A stretch of DNA of 64,000 nucleotides. It comes from Candidatus Latescibacterota bacterium. GTDB lineage: Bacteria > Latescibacterota > UBA2968 > UBA8231. Below, one piece after another: positions 39,891 to 50,106 of this stretch. Within the stretch, counting starts at the first letter, position 1; every line of letters begins with the position of its first letter. The DNA is taken from contig CBDCXV010000011.1 of NCBI GenBank assembly GCA_965223905.1, positions 448,001-512,000 of the forward strand, given 5' to 3'. The position numbers and the translations under genes are program-made. The notes under the pieces are model-generated. The model saw only the letters and a list, made by a program, of their open reading frames with translations, ran no database searches and had not been told where the DNA came from.

Positions 39891-40820
39891 CTAAGCCTCC
39901 ACATTTCCGGCTCCTTTCAGTGTCTCGCGCCACATTGGCGTACTCATGTACTTGTCCCCGCCATCGCAGAACACCGTCACGACCACCCCTTCCTCAAGCC
40001 CACGTGCCACTTCGACCGCGGCCCAGTAGGCAGCTCCCGACGACTGCCCAACGAGCAAACCCTGCTCCCTCGCCAATCTCAAGGTGGTGTCGTATGCAAT
40101 ATCGGTATCGACCGTGATCTTGTGATCGAGAAACGATTCGTCATAAATCCGCGGCACGATGGAACTCGCCATGTGTTTGAGGCCCTCGATCCCGTGAAAA
40201 GATTCCGGCTCGACGCCCACGACCTTGATCGCACTGTTATTTCCCCGCAAGCCACGTCCAGTCCCCATCGCGGTTCCGCTCGTACCAAGTGTCGCGACAA
40301 AATGGGTGACTCGCCCTCCCGTGTCGCCCCAAATTTCCGGTGCCGTGGTGTCTCTGTGCGCTTTCCAGTTCGACGGGTTGTTGTACTGATCCGGCTTGAA
40401 GAAGTCACCGGGGCCGTTCTCGTAGATCTTTCGCGCCTGAAGAATTGCGCCGTCCGAACCCTCACCCGGATCGGTCAGAACGACCTCGGCACCGTACGCC
40501 GAGAGGATGGCCTTTCGCTCCCGAGATACGCTCGCAGGCATCGCCAGCAGTACGCGGTACCCGAGGGCGGCGCCGATCATGGCGTAGGCTATTCCCGTGT
40601 TTCCCGATGTCGAGTCGAGGATGACCTTGCCCGGGACGAGTGCCCCGCAAAGCTCGCCATCCCGGATCATGCGCAGAGCAGGCCGGTCCTTGACCGACCC
40701 ACCAGGATTGAAGAATTCGAGCTTGGCGTAAAGCTCGACGTTTCGCGGGATTTCCTCGTCGTACAGGCGGAGAAGTGGGGTCTTGCCGATTTGATCGACT
40801 ACCGACGCCGTCCCAGTCAA
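39891..40820 (-). CDS. cysM: Cysteine synthase B-like (CysM)
   Basis: KLEFFNPGGSVKDR, DSTSGNTG, DQYNNP, GTSGT, GIEGLK, DGGDKYMS. Confidence 0.85.
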   Translation of the reverse strand: MTGTASVVDQIGKTPLLRLYDEEIPRNVELYAKLEFFNPGGSVKDRPALRMIRDGELCGALVPGKVILDSTSGNTGIAYAMIGAALGYRVLLAMPASVSRERKAILSAYGAEVVLTDPGEGSDGAILQARKIYENGPGDFFKPDQYNNPSNWKAHRDTTAPEIWGDTGGRVTHFVATLGTSGTAMGTGRGLRGNNSAIKVVGVEPESFHGIEGLKHMASSIVPRIYDESFLDHKITVDTDIAYDTTLRLAREQGLLVGQSSGAAYWAAVEVARGLEEGVVVTVFCDGGDKYMSTPMWRETLKGAGNVEA

Positions 40821-40880
40821 GCGCTGCTCTGAACCTTTACCTGCCGATCGTCATTCACTGCTGCCCCGAGGGCATGGTTC

Positions 40881-40908
40881 AATATAGCCTTGGACAATAG
40901 ACTGTCAA
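40881..40908 (-). promoter_or_regulatory. Candidate promoter of the cys operon
   Basis: TTGACA-16 bp-TATATT on the minus strand. Confidence 0.55.
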
Positions 40909-40979
40909 CGCGCGCTGTGAAGGCACCTATCTTCCGTGAACACACTGAGTTGCAGCATATTCGCGGCACCTGATGTCGG

Positions 40980-41008
40980 TTGACATTGGCAGGGGTTCCC
41001 CATATAGT
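40980..41008 (+). promoter_or_regulatory. Candidate sigma70 promoter for aspS
   Basis: TTGACA-17 bp-TATAGT. Confidence 0.7.
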
Positions 41009-41079
41009 TGAAAGCTTACGCCGGCATCAATGCAGTGCGTCCGGATCGGAATTCATCTTCTCTAATCAGCAGTGTGGAT

Positions 41080-42870
41080 ATGCGTGACATCGTCGAAGGT
41101 CTGGGCGCGTGGCAGCGATCGCACAACTGCGGCACGCTGACGGCCGGTTTCCTCGGGAAGCAGGTGACACTCATGGGATGGGTGGCGACTCGTCGCGACC
41201 ACGGGGGGGTTATTTTCGTCGATCTCCGAGACCGCAATGGGGTGACCCAGGTCGTTTTCAACCCCCAGAACAATGCCGAGTCTCACCACAAGGCCGAATC
41301 CCTGCGCAACGAGTTCGTCATCGCGGTCCAGGGTGAGGTTGAAAACCGCCCCGAAGGCATGATCAATCCCCGGCTAAAAACCGGGGAGATAGAGGTGAAT
41401 TGCCATTCACTGAGGATCCTCAACACGTCCATCCCGATTCCGTTCCCCCTCGATGACAGTGTCGACGTCGGCGAGGAGGCGAGACTGCGCCATCGTTATC
41501 TAGATCTGCGGCGCTTCCCTATGCAGCGCAATCTGCTGATCAGGCATCGCTGTTACCAGAAAACCCGCGACATCCTGGATTCGGAGGGGTTCATCGAGGT
41601 CGAGACCCCCTTTCTGGTTCGCAGCACTCCTGAGGGAGCCCGGGACTTCCTTGTCCCCAGCCGTGTAAACCCGGGCAATTTCTTCGCTCTCCCCCAGTCA
41701 CCGCAGATGTACAAGCAACTGCTGATGATTTCGGGATTCGATCGCTATTTTCAGATCGTCAAATGCTTCCGGGACGAGGATTTACGCGCTGATCGGCAGC
41801 CGGAATTCACCCAGATCGACATTGAAATGTCGTTCGTCTCCGAAGACGACATTATGGGCGTATCGGAGCGCATTACCCGCGGTCTGTTTGCCGAAATCCA
41901 AGGGATTGAATTGCCGGATCCATTTCCTCGCATGGCTTATTCCGAGGCGATGGACCGCTACGGCAGCGACAAACCTGACATTCGTTTCGACCTCGAACTC
42001 AAGGATGCCGGGGCTGCGGCGGCTGCATCTCAGTTTCAGGTCTTCCTATCCGTGCTTGAAAAAGGTGGTCAGGTAAAGGGCATCAATGTAAAGGGGGGCA
42101 GCGAATTGCCCAGAAGCCAGATCGACCAATTAGTCGCCTTCGCGCAGGATGCCGGGGCAAGAGGGCTGAGCTGGATCAAACACACGGTCAACGGTCTCGA
42201 ATCTTCGATTGTGAAGTTCTTCCCCGATCATTCAAGAGAACTTCTGATTTCCGAGTTGGGATCAGAACCCGGAGACCTGCTGCTGCTGGTGGCCGACGAC
42301 CCGGTGGAAGTGGCCAAGGTTCTCAACGCCTTACGACTGGAGTTGGCGAGACGACTCGACCTGATCGCGGAAAACGTCTGGCGCCCGTTATGGATTACCG
42401 AATTTCCCTTGCTGGAGTACGATGAGGAAGGAAAGCGCTGTACAGCCGTCCATCACCCGTTTACGTCCCCACTGGAGGAGGACATCGCCATTCTTTTCAG
42501 CGAGCCGCTGAAGGCTCGTGCTCGTGCATACGACTTGGTGCTCAACGGCACAGAAATCGCCGGGGGCAGCATGCGTATTTTCCAGCGGGGTCTGCAGGCG
42601 AAAATTTTCGAATTGCTGGCCTTGGGCCGAGAGGAGGCCGGGGCCAAATTCGGCTTCCTGCTCGATGCCCTCGAATACGGAGCCCCTCCACATGGTGGTA
42701 TCGCATTCGGATTTGATCGCGTCGTTGCCATGCTCGCTGGAGAGGACTCGATTCGGGAAGTCATCGCCTTTCCCAAGACCAACCGGGCCATCGGCCTGAT
42801 GGAACGCGCACCAGGTAGGGTCAACGAGGTCCAGTTGCGCGAACTCGGCATCGCCACCCTGCCTGGATAA
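41080..42870 (+). CDS. aspS: Aspartate--tRNA ligase (probably non-discriminating)
   Basis: RRDHGGVIFVDLRD, TPEGARDF, LPQSPQ, FRDEDLRADRQPEFTQID, GAPPHGG. Confidence 0.96.
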   Translation: MRDIVEGLGAWQRSHNCGTLTAGFLGKQVTLMGWVATRRDHGGVIFVDLRDRNGVTQVVFNPQNNAESHHKAESLRNEFVIAVQGEVENRPEGMINPRLKTGEIEVNCHSLRILNTSIPIPFPLDDSVDVGEEARLRHRYLDLRRFPMQRNLLIRHRCYQKTRDILDSEGFIEVETPFLVRSTPEGARDFLVPSRVNPGNFFALPQSPQMYKQLLMISGFDRYFQIVKCFRDEDLRADRQPEFTQIDIEMSFVSEDDIMGVSERITRGLFAEIQGIELPDPFPRMAYSEAMDRYGSDKPDIRFDLELKDAGAAAAASQFQVFLSVLEKGGQVKGINVKGGSELPRSQIDQLVAFAQDAGARGLSWIKHTVNGLESSIVKFFPDHSRELLISELGSEPGDLLLLVADDPVEVAKVLNALRLELARRLDLIAENVWRPLWITEFPLLEYDEEGKRCTAVHHPFTSPLEEDIAILFSEPLKARARAYDLVLNGTEIAGGSMRIFQRGLQAKIFELLALGREEAGAKFGFLLDALEYGAPPHGGIAFGFDRVVAMLAGEDSIREVIAFPKTNRAIGLMERAPGRVNEVQLRELGIATLPG

Positions 42871-42960
42871 CCTCGAAAAAACAGGGGTTCACCAGCGTCT
42901 CACCCATGCCTTCGAATCGCCGTAACTCTTTGTAAGAACAGTAATTCTTCAATTCTTGAC

Positions 42961-42989
42961 TTGACATCCCCATTTGACGTTTTTACCTT
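42961..42989 (+). promoter_or_regulatory. Candidate sigma70 promoter for the lipoprotein gene
   Basis: TTGACA-17 bp-TACCTT. Confidence 0.5.
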
Positions 42990-43050
42990 GAGGCGCGCAG
43001 TAAGCACCAGCAATGTCAGCGCCCTCCCGAGCAGATCTGGAGAATAATCG

Positions 43051-43332
43051 ATGACTTTCAGCAAACTCCGAAAATCAAGTGCCCTTTTCGTTCTTGCCGC
43101 CCTGACACTTTCCCTGACCGCAGGATGTGCACGCGGCCCTTCCCAGAAGGAGTTGGGTGTGCTGGAAGAGAATCGCCAGGCAACGGAGGCAGCCGAGCAG
43201 CAGGTCACCCAGAAAAAGGCAAAAAAAGCCGAGTTGGAGCGTCAGTTGGCCGAGCAAAAAGCTGAAAAGAAGGCGTTGGAGGAAAAGAGGGACGGTACTT
43301 CCGAGGCGCTGGCTGGGATGTCTGGCGAATAA
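43051..43332 (+). CDS. Small coiled-coil lipoprotein
   Basis: Lipobox LTAGC; K/E/A-rich heptads. Confidence 0.8.
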   Translation: MTFSKLRKSSALFVLAALTLSLTAGCARGPSQKELGVLEENRQATEAAEQQVTQKKAKKAELERQLAEQKAEKKALEEKRDGTSEALAGMSGE

Positions 43333-43415
43333 CGCCGCAACCTTACTCAACTGAAATGACGCATGCACAGTACCTGTGGTAAGCGATGCAATGATTTGAA
43401 TTGAAAGGTTACGAG

Positions 43416-44228
43416 ATGACGAAGAGAATGCTGGCCGTTGTCCTGATCCTGTCTGCGGGGACTGCTTTCGCACAAGACAAAATGACCCGCGAGGAGTACG
43501 AGGCCCAAATGGCCGACTATCAGCAGCGACATGAAGCTGCGAACTCACAGATTGCACAGCTGGATGCCGAAATTGCCGCGCTGGATCAACAGATCGCCGC
43601 GCTCGATGACGAGATCGCTGGGATAATTGCCGATATTCACAATCTAGTAGGTGCGACAGCTGCCGAGATCAGTGATTTTGGCAACACTCTCGATCTCCTC
43701 CTTCGCCAACTGGAAGGTTTGACCGCCTTGGCCCCGGAAGAGCTTGTGCGACATCAAGGGGAAGTCAAGGATGTCCTCGCCCAGGTCGAGCAATTGAAGA
43801 CCAGCAAAATCAGCGCCATACCTGAAATGGCCGCAAAGATCCTCCGCCTCGAAACCCTCATCTCCGATCTCCAGATCCGCGATGTCGTTTCGATTGTTTA
43901 CGAGGTTGAAAGGGGGGATAACCTTTGGGCCATCTCGGCGGACGACACGATTTACGGAGACCCATACATGTGGCCCCGGATTTACCGCGCAAATACGGAA
44001 CAGATAAGCGATCCAGACATGATCTATCCAAAACAGAAGCTTTCGGTTCCGTTTGGCGTTTCCGAGGGTCACTACCTCGTCACACGTGGTGATTTTCTCT
44101 CGAAGATCGCTGCTGCGGTGTACAACGACGCAACCATGTGGCACAAGATCTACAAGGCCAACATGAAACAGATCGTCGAGCCGAATATCATTTTTCCAGC
44201 CCAGGTCCTTGAGGTTCCTGCGAACTGA
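43416..44228 (+). CDS. Exported coiled-coil protein with two LysM domains
   Basis: Signal peptide AFA; YEVERGDNLWAIS...WPRIYRAN; YLVTRGDFLSKIA...WHKIYKAN. Confidence 0.88.
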   Translation: MTKRMLAVVLILSAGTAFAQDKMTREEYEAQMADYQQRHEAANSQIAQLDAEIAALDQQIAALDDEIAGIIADIHNLVGATAAEISDFGNTLDLLLRQLEGLTALAPEELVRHQGEVKDVLAQVEQLKTSKISAIPEMAAKILRLETLISDLQIRDVVSIVYEVERGDNLWAISADDTIYGDPYMWPRIYRANTEQISDPDMIYPKQKLSVPFGVSEGHYLVTRGDFLSKIAAAVYNDATMWHKIYKANMKQIVEPNIIFPAQVLEVPAN

Positions 44229-44432
44229 TTTTCGCTACATCCTCTCGCATTCAGGGCGATTGACCGCGGATTCAGAGCGATTGGCCGCGTCCTGACGTTC
44301 TCAAGGGGTTCGAGCAAACTTGGAGACAGGTGCTCGGACCCCTTTGTGGTTTTGTTTCCGGTCCCTTCGAAAATAACAACCCTGCAACAATTCTCCCGTA
44401 TTGGCGGCTAACAACCCCCCTTCGCCACCTGC

Positions 44433-45410
44433 TTGAAAACGCTAAAAAAGACAATCTCCCTTGCCGAGATAAACCCCTTCGTTCTTTTCGGCAGAAATGA
44501 CGAGCATCTCGATTCGATCGAGCGCAACTGCCGCGTCAAGATTGTTGCGCGAGGAGACCATCTCCACCTCAACGGTCCACGAGAATCGGTCGAGCACGTA
44601 TCGGGGCTACTTGGGTATGTCGTCGAATCAATCCGAAGGAACCCGCGCTTGAGCGAGGAGGATGTAAAAACCATTCTTGACCAGGATCAGATCGATCCGG
44701 GCCATTACCCCCCCCTTCCGGAAATCGAGGACGACGGCGAAATCAAGACATACAGGAGAACCGTAGCCGCGCGTACCGTTGGACAGGCGCGCTACCTGAA
44801 GGCGGTCGAGTGCCACGATGTTGTTTTTGCGATCGGCCCTGCGGGCACCGGCAAGACTTTCCTGGCAGTTGCCGCAGCTGTCGCCGCGCTTCGCGAAAAA
44901 CGGGTTTCACGAATCGTGCTGGCCCGGCCTGCCGTCGAAGCAGGGGAAAGCCTGGGGTTTCTTCCTGGAGCCCTCGAAGAGAAAGTCGACCCTTACCTAA
45001 GGCCTCTCTACGATGCTCTTCAGGATCTGCTGGAGCCGGAACGTCTCTCGCGCTTCCAAAGCGTGAAGCTCGTGGAGGTGGCTCCACTGGCCTTCATGCG
45101 GGGACGTACGCTCAACGACGCTTTCATCATCCTCGACGAAGCTCAGAACACGACTGCTTCTCAGATGAAGATGTTTCTGACGAGAATGGGTGCACACTCC
45201 AAAGCGGTGATAACTGGTGATGTCATCCAAACGGACCTTCCCGGTTCCCAGCCATCCGGCCTCGTCGAAGCGCGCCGAATCCTGTCCTGCGTAACGGGCC
45301 TGGCATTCGTTCACCTGACCGAACGCGATGTTGTTCGTAATCCACTGGTCCAACGGATCATCAAGGCCTACGAAACCCACGACAACAACTCCGATTCGGA
45401 CTGCCGGTAA
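44433..45410 (+). CDS. phoH: PhoH-family ATPase
   Basis: GPAGTGKT, RPAVEAGE.LGFLPG, FMRGRTL, LDEAQN. Confidence 0.93.
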   Translation: MKTLKKTISLAEINPFVLFGRNDEHLDSIERNCRVKIVARGDHLHLNGPRESVEHVSGLLGYVVESIRRNPRLSEEDVKTILDQDQIDPGHYPPLPEIEDDGEIKTYRRTVAARTVGQARYLKAVECHDVVFAIGPAGTGKTFLAVAAAVAALREKRVSRIVLARPAVEAGESLGFLPGALEEKVDPYLRPLYDALQDLLEPERLSRFQSVKLVEVAPLAFMRGRTLNDAFIILDEAQNTTASQMKMFLTRMGAHSKAVITGDVIQTDLPGSQPSGLVEARRILSCVTGLAFVHLTERDVVRNPLVQRIIKAYETHDNNSDSDCR

Positions 45411-45446
45411 GGGAAAACGAGGACCCCCGAAAACCGGGAAATCACC

Positions 45447-47741
45447 TTGCATATTTTTTCGACCTTCCGACGCTGGCGGGCGGGCACTACGGGCTCGATA
45501 GCCCAATCGAGGTCAGGAGCAGGAAAACAATACCGCTCGCGTGGGATGCGGCTGTTTCGCGCCCTGCTCGCTATCGCCGTGATGGGTCTGCTGACCTACC
45601 TCTCCCCGTTCCAGCGACCGCACGGAATCAGCGAGCTACGAGAGGGAAGCGTAGCCCCGGAGCGAATAAACGCCCCATTCCTGTTTCTTGTCCGCAAGAG
45701 TGACGAAGAGCTGGAAATCGAGCGCAGCGGAGCCGAAAAGACAGTGCCGACCGTGTTGCAGCTCCATGAAGAGGTAAAGAAGCTGCAACTGTCCCGCTTC
45801 GACTCGGTGTTGGCCGTGCTGGTGCCCAACAGCCGCATGCAGATGCCGGACTCGCTCAAGTATCGTCGCCTGCAAAGGGAGCTGCCGGGAATTGTCCCCT
45901 TGCTGTCGGAGACCTCTCTCAAGCAGCTGATAACCCTGATCTCATCGACTACGGCCGACTCTCTCGATCTCCTGCAGCACACGTGGGTTCAGTTGCTGAC
46001 CGACCTTTATTCCACTGGAGTCATCGCCAGCAAACAGGGAGATATCGTCGCTGTCACTGCTCAGGTTCGCATCGACGAGACGCCATTCTCAATAGAACTG
46101 CTGCACAACGAGAGCGACCTGAAGCGCGGGCAGCTCATGTCGCTGATCGAGGCGTACCAGGCGTTCGAGGAACGCGGCGTTGCTGAAGCCGTTCAGGAAC
46201 TCCTGACTTTGTTCGTTTACCCCAACCTGAGTGTCGACCAGAGCGAAACGAGCCGCCTGCGCGCGGAAGCGCGCCGCAGTGTTGCCAGTATCAAGCGCCG
46301 CTATCTCCGCGACGAGATGATTATCGACAAGAACCAGAAGGTTGAGGCGGTCCATGTCGAAGCACTGGAGGCGCTGGCCCAGCAGTTTACGAGCGAGGAG
46401 CTGAAACACCCGACAACCCGCTACTTGCAGAGCATCTCGGCTGCCGTGATCGCTGCCTTTCTGCTTTTGACTTTCGGTTATTACCTAGCGACCCGTGAGC
46501 CTCAGATTTACGCAAGCGCCGCACAGCTGACGCTGTTGGCACTGATCGCCATGGCGACTGCGGCTGTCGCCGCCTACATCCACGCCAACGAAATCCAGAC
46601 CTATTTCGTGCCCACTCCCTTGGCCGCAATGCTGATGACTATCCTGTTGAGCCCCCAGGTCGGGCTTGTGGTCTCGTTTCTGCTCGCGCTATTCATCGGC
46701 AGCTTGTTTGGAGATTTCTACGTCACCCTGGTCTTTTCCTTGACGTCCGCCGTCTCCGTCCACGCGGTCAGACACGTCCGCCACAGGAATCAGTTCTATC
46801 GCGCCATGATATTGCTTCCGGCGTCGTACTGTCTTCTGATAGCGGCCACCGATCTGCTGCGTTTCGTTCCGTACGAAGAGATCTACGGTCACGTGCTGCC
46901 CGGAGTTATCACAGGCTTGTCAGCGCCAATCGTAATCCAGGGCCTGCTCCCCATCTTCGAGAGTCTGTTTCACATCACGACCGATATAACCCTCCTCGAG
47001 CTGTCGGACCTCAACCGACCCTTGCTGCGCGAGCTGGCCATTCGTGCGCCTGGCACGTACACCCACAGCTTGGTCATGGCCAACCTTTCCGAAGCTGCGG
47101 GGCAGTCGATCGGCGCCAATCCGCTTCTGGCGCGGGTAGGGTGTTACTACCACGACATAGGAAAAATGCTGAAGCCGGAGTACTTCACCGAGAATCAAAG
47201 TCTACAGGGCGCCCGCAACCCTCACGATCATTTGACCCCCAGCATGAGCATGCTGATCATCGACTCCCACGTGAAAGACGGAATCGAGCTGGCGCAGGAG
47301 CACGGGCTACCCAAGGCCCTGATCGATCTCATTCCTCAACATCACGGGACCACGGTACAGGAGTACTTCTACACACGTGCCGTCGAGCTCGGAGTGGAGA
47401 ACGTCCGACGCGATGATTTTCGCTACGACGGGCCGAAACCTCAGACCAGGGAAGCAGGCATTCTGATGCTGGCCGACTCGGTCGAATCGGCGGCACGCAC
47501 CCTGAGCGAACGCACCCCGGACCGCGTGCGGCAACTCGTTCGGAATATCATTCAACAAAAATTCACCAGTGGAGAACTGGATGAATGTCCGCTCACCCTG
47601 AGGGATCTTCACCGCATCGAGGAGAGTTTCATTCCGGTTCTGATGGGAACCCTGCACGGCCGCCTTGAGTATCCGTGGCAGAAAAAGGGCGACCTCAAGG
47701 AAAAGAAGGATGCTGAAAGTCCTGTGCTGCGACGAACCTGA
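45447..47741 (+). CDS. 7TM-HD phosphohydrolase (PgpH-like)
   Basis: Extracellular domain plus 7 TM; APGTYTHS, YYHDIGK, HHGT, MLADSVE; alternative start ATG 45546. Confidence 0.9.
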   Translation: MHIFSTFRRWRAGTTGSIAQSRSGAGKQYRSRGMRLFRALLAIAVMGLLTYLSPFQRPHGISELREGSVAPERINAPFLFLVRKSDEELEIERSGAEKTVPTVLQLHEEVKKLQLSRFDSVLAVLVPNSRMQMPDSLKYRRLQRELPGIVPLLSETSLKQLITLISSTTADSLDLLQHTWVQLLTDLYSTGVIASKQGDIVAVTAQVRIDETPFSIELLHNESDLKRGQLMSLIEAYQAFEERGVAEAVQELLTLFVYPNLSVDQSETSRLRAEARRSVASIKRRYLRDEMIIDKNQKVEAVHVEALEALAQQFTSEELKHPTTRYLQSISAAVIAAFLLLTFGYYLATREPQIYASAAQLTLLALIAMATAAVAAYIHANEIQTYFVPTPLAAMLMTILLSPQVGLVVSFLLALFIGSLFGDFYVTLVFSLTSAVSVHAVRHVRHRNQFYRAMILLPASYCLLIAATDLLRFVPYEEIYGHVLPGVITGLSAPIVIQGLLPIFESLFHITTDITLLELSDLNRPLLRELAIRAPGTYTHSLVMANLSEAAGQSIGANPLLARVGCYYHDIGKMLKPEYFTENQSLQGARNPHDHLTPSMSMLIIDSHVKDGIELAQEHGLPKALIDLIPQHHGTTVQEYFYTRAVELGVENVRRDDFRYDGPKPQTREAGILMLADSVESAARTLSERTPDRVRQLVRNIIQQKFTSGELDECPLTLRDLHRIEESFIPVLMGTLHGRLEYPWQKKGDLKEKKDAESPVLRRT

Positions 47742-48189
47742 ATTCGCCGCTTCGGCTCGACCCTACCTCAAGCAGTTGGCCGGGCGGGTGATGGACCGTC
47801 ACAGGATCAGTGGCGATATCGACCTGATACTATCCGATGACAGCCAACTTCGCCGGCTCAATTCGACGTTTCGGGGAATCGACCACACTACCGACGTGTT
47901 GTCCTTCGACTACTCCGCAAGCGATGAATCTCCTGAGATGCCTGCGACGATTGAAGGAGTCCGCGGAGAAATCTACATTTCGAGAGCGCGCGCCGCCTCC
48001 CAAGCTGCCGACATGGGCGTCGGGGAGCTCGAGGAGATCGGACGGCTGATGGTTCACGCCCTCCTCCATATCGCCGGTTTCGACCACGATACTCCCGAAA
48101 AGCTGGCTTTCATGGAGTGGGAAACAAATATGTTTACAAGCCCAAACCCCCAGACTGTCCTGGCCGGCAGTGTTGCGCGAAAGGAGTAG
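47710..48189 (+). CDS. ybeY: rRNA maturation endoribonuclease YbeY
   Basis: TDVLSF, GEIYIS, HALLHIAGFDH. Confidence 0.92.
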   Translation: MLKVLCCDEPEFAASARPYLKQLAGRVMDRHRISGDIDLILSDDSQLRRLNSTFRGIDHTTDVLSFDYSASDESPEMPATIEGVRGEIYISRARAASQAADMGVGELEEIGRLMVHALLHIAGFDHDTPEKLAFMEWETNMFTSPNPQTVLAGSVARKE

Positions 48190-48198
48190 CCCGCTTTT

Positions 48199-49512
48199 TT
48201 GGAACCCCCGCAAATAGCTGAGTTAGTACTGTTTGTCCTCGCCTCTATAGGGCTCTTTGTCTTGGCTTCTTACGAGGCGACCTTCACTTCCCTCTCAAAA
48301 TCATCCCTCGAGCGCATGCATGAGAGTGGCGTACCCCGGGCCGCTACCATGCTTCGCATCCACGAGCCCAGGCACCTGCTCCACCTCATGGCAAGGATCG
48401 GCCAGACCCTCGGGGTCGTAATTCTTTCCGTGTCGATCATGCATTTCCTGTTGTCGTTCTCATTTCCGAAACTCGTTGCCGCCATGGCGGCGGGAATCGC
48501 ATCGGTAGCGGTCGCCTTGATCGCCAGCCTTGCTCGCAGGGTGCGCTTCGAAGAGGATGGCGAGGAGGCGAAGATTCCAAGCCTGGCGTTACTTTTCGCA
48601 CCCATTCACCTGCTTCTCTGCGTTCCAGCCCGTCTCGTAGAACGGGTCGCACGCAGCGATGCTTCTGAAGAGGATTTCAAGGAAGCGCGCGAGGCGGAGC
48701 TGAGAAACATCGTCGACTCAGAACAGGAGACGGGTGTGTTGGAGGAAACCGAACGCGACATGATTCAGGGGGTGTTCGGCTTCCATGATCGGGTTGTCCG
48801 GGAGGTGATGATTCCCCGGGTCGATATCACCTCTCTCGAGGTCTCCTCTTCACTGGGTGACCTCCTTCGCGTGATCGAAGAGAAGGGCCACTCGAGGGTA
48901 CCCGTATTCGAAGAATCGCTGGACAAGATCCGGGGAATCGTCTATGCGAAGGACCTTCTGCGGATGCTCGTTCACCGCCGCGATATCGGCATGGAGATGT
49001 CGGTGGCTGAGCTGATGGCAGAGGATGGAAAGGGGTCGAACCCCTTGCCGTTTGCCCATGAGCCGTATTACATCCCCGAAACAAAGAAGATCGACGAGTT
49101 GCTCCGCGACCTGCGCGCCGCACGAACGCGCCTGGCAATTGTCGTTGACGAATACGGCGGAACCGCCGGATTGGTCACCACCGAAGACCTCGTCGAAGAG
49201 ATCGTGGGTGAGCTGCAGGACGAATACGATGCCGAGGAAGCCCTTTTTGAGTGGCGTCCCGGCGATATTCTCGTCGTCAATCCGAGAATCAACATCGACG
49301 AGTTGAACGAAATCCTCGAAAGCGACCTTCCCAGCGACGGTTTCGACACTCTGGGAGGGTTCATCTACGATCATCTCGGGGAGGTGCCGGACGAGGGGCA
49401 GACCGTCCGGATTCCGGGCCTCGACATCGAGATCCTCAAAGTGGAAGGACAGCGAATCGCCCAGGTGCAAATGAAACGGGTGCCCATGGCAGGCGAAGTC
49501 CTGGAGCAGTAG
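48199..49512 (+). CDS. Hemolysin-like/CorC CNNM-CBS domain protein
   Basis: TM N-terminus; VMIPRVD, HSRVPV, VVDEYGGTAGLVTTEDLVEEIVGE, DTLGGF. Confidence 0.9.
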   Translation: MEPPQIAELVLFVLASIGLFVLASYEATFTSLSKSSLERMHESGVPRAATMLRIHEPRHLLHLMARIGQTLGVVILSVSIMHFLLSFSFPKLVAAMAAGIASVAVALIASLARRVRFEEDGEEAKIPSLALLFAPIHLLLCVPARLVERVARSDASEEDFKEAREAELRNIVDSEQETGVLEETERDMIQGVFGFHDRVVREVMIPRVDITSLEVSSSLGDLLRVIEEKGHSRVPVFEESLDKIRGIVYAKDLLRMLVHRRDIGMEMSVAELMAEDGKGSNPLPFAHEPYYIPETKKIDELLRDLRAARTRLAIVVDEYGGTAGLVTTEDLVEEIVGELQDEYDAEEALFEWRPGDILVVNPRINIDELNEILESDLPSDGFDTLGGFIYDHLGEVPDEGQTVRIPGLDIEILKVEGQRIAQVQMKRVPMAGEVLEQ

Positions 49513-49599
49513 GGGACCGCAACGCGCCGGTAAGCGATGGGCTGTCGGCCAACGACCTGTTGCATCCCGATTACCCCTCGAGTATATTTAATTTCGTGA

Positions 49600-49676
<77 letters not shown>

Positions 49677-49779
49677 TTTCCGGGAGTCGTCGGCTTTGCC
49701 GTCGACTCCTTATCTATTTTTAGACTTCCCCACAACTGCTTGCGCGAGAGAAGGTTCCCTTTCGCAAGTTTCATAGCCA

Positions 49780-50106
49780 ATGAGCCCTTTCCGCCGCATC
49801 AGCGACCATACAGCAAGTGTTAGGAAGCCCCAACGCGTCTGCTTGGACGAACGTTTTCTGGCCGAATTCCTGCCTGAGACCCCTCTCGACCGCGTCGAGA
49901 GCCAGGAGTTGCGCCAGCAGGTCATGCAGGCGCTCGGAGAACTCACTCGAGACGAGCTTCAAGTCGTCGAGTTGCGCTTTCAACACAAGAAGTCCCCCGG
50001 ACAGGTCGCTTCCAAGCTGCGGATGGACAGGAAAGCCGTCGCCGCCCTGGAACGCTCCGCCCTGGATAAGATCCGTACTCCCATCATCAATTACATGGAG
50101 TCGTGA
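49780..50106 (+). CDS. Stand-alone sigma-70 region 4 domain protein
   Basis: ELRQQVMQALGELTRDELQVVELRF...QVASKL...LERSALDKIR. Confidence 0.7.
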   Translation: MSPFRRISDHTASVRKPQRVCLDERFLAEFLPETPLDRVESQELRQQVMQALGELTRDELQVVELRFQHKKSPGQVASKLRMDRKAVAALERSALDKIRTPIINYMES

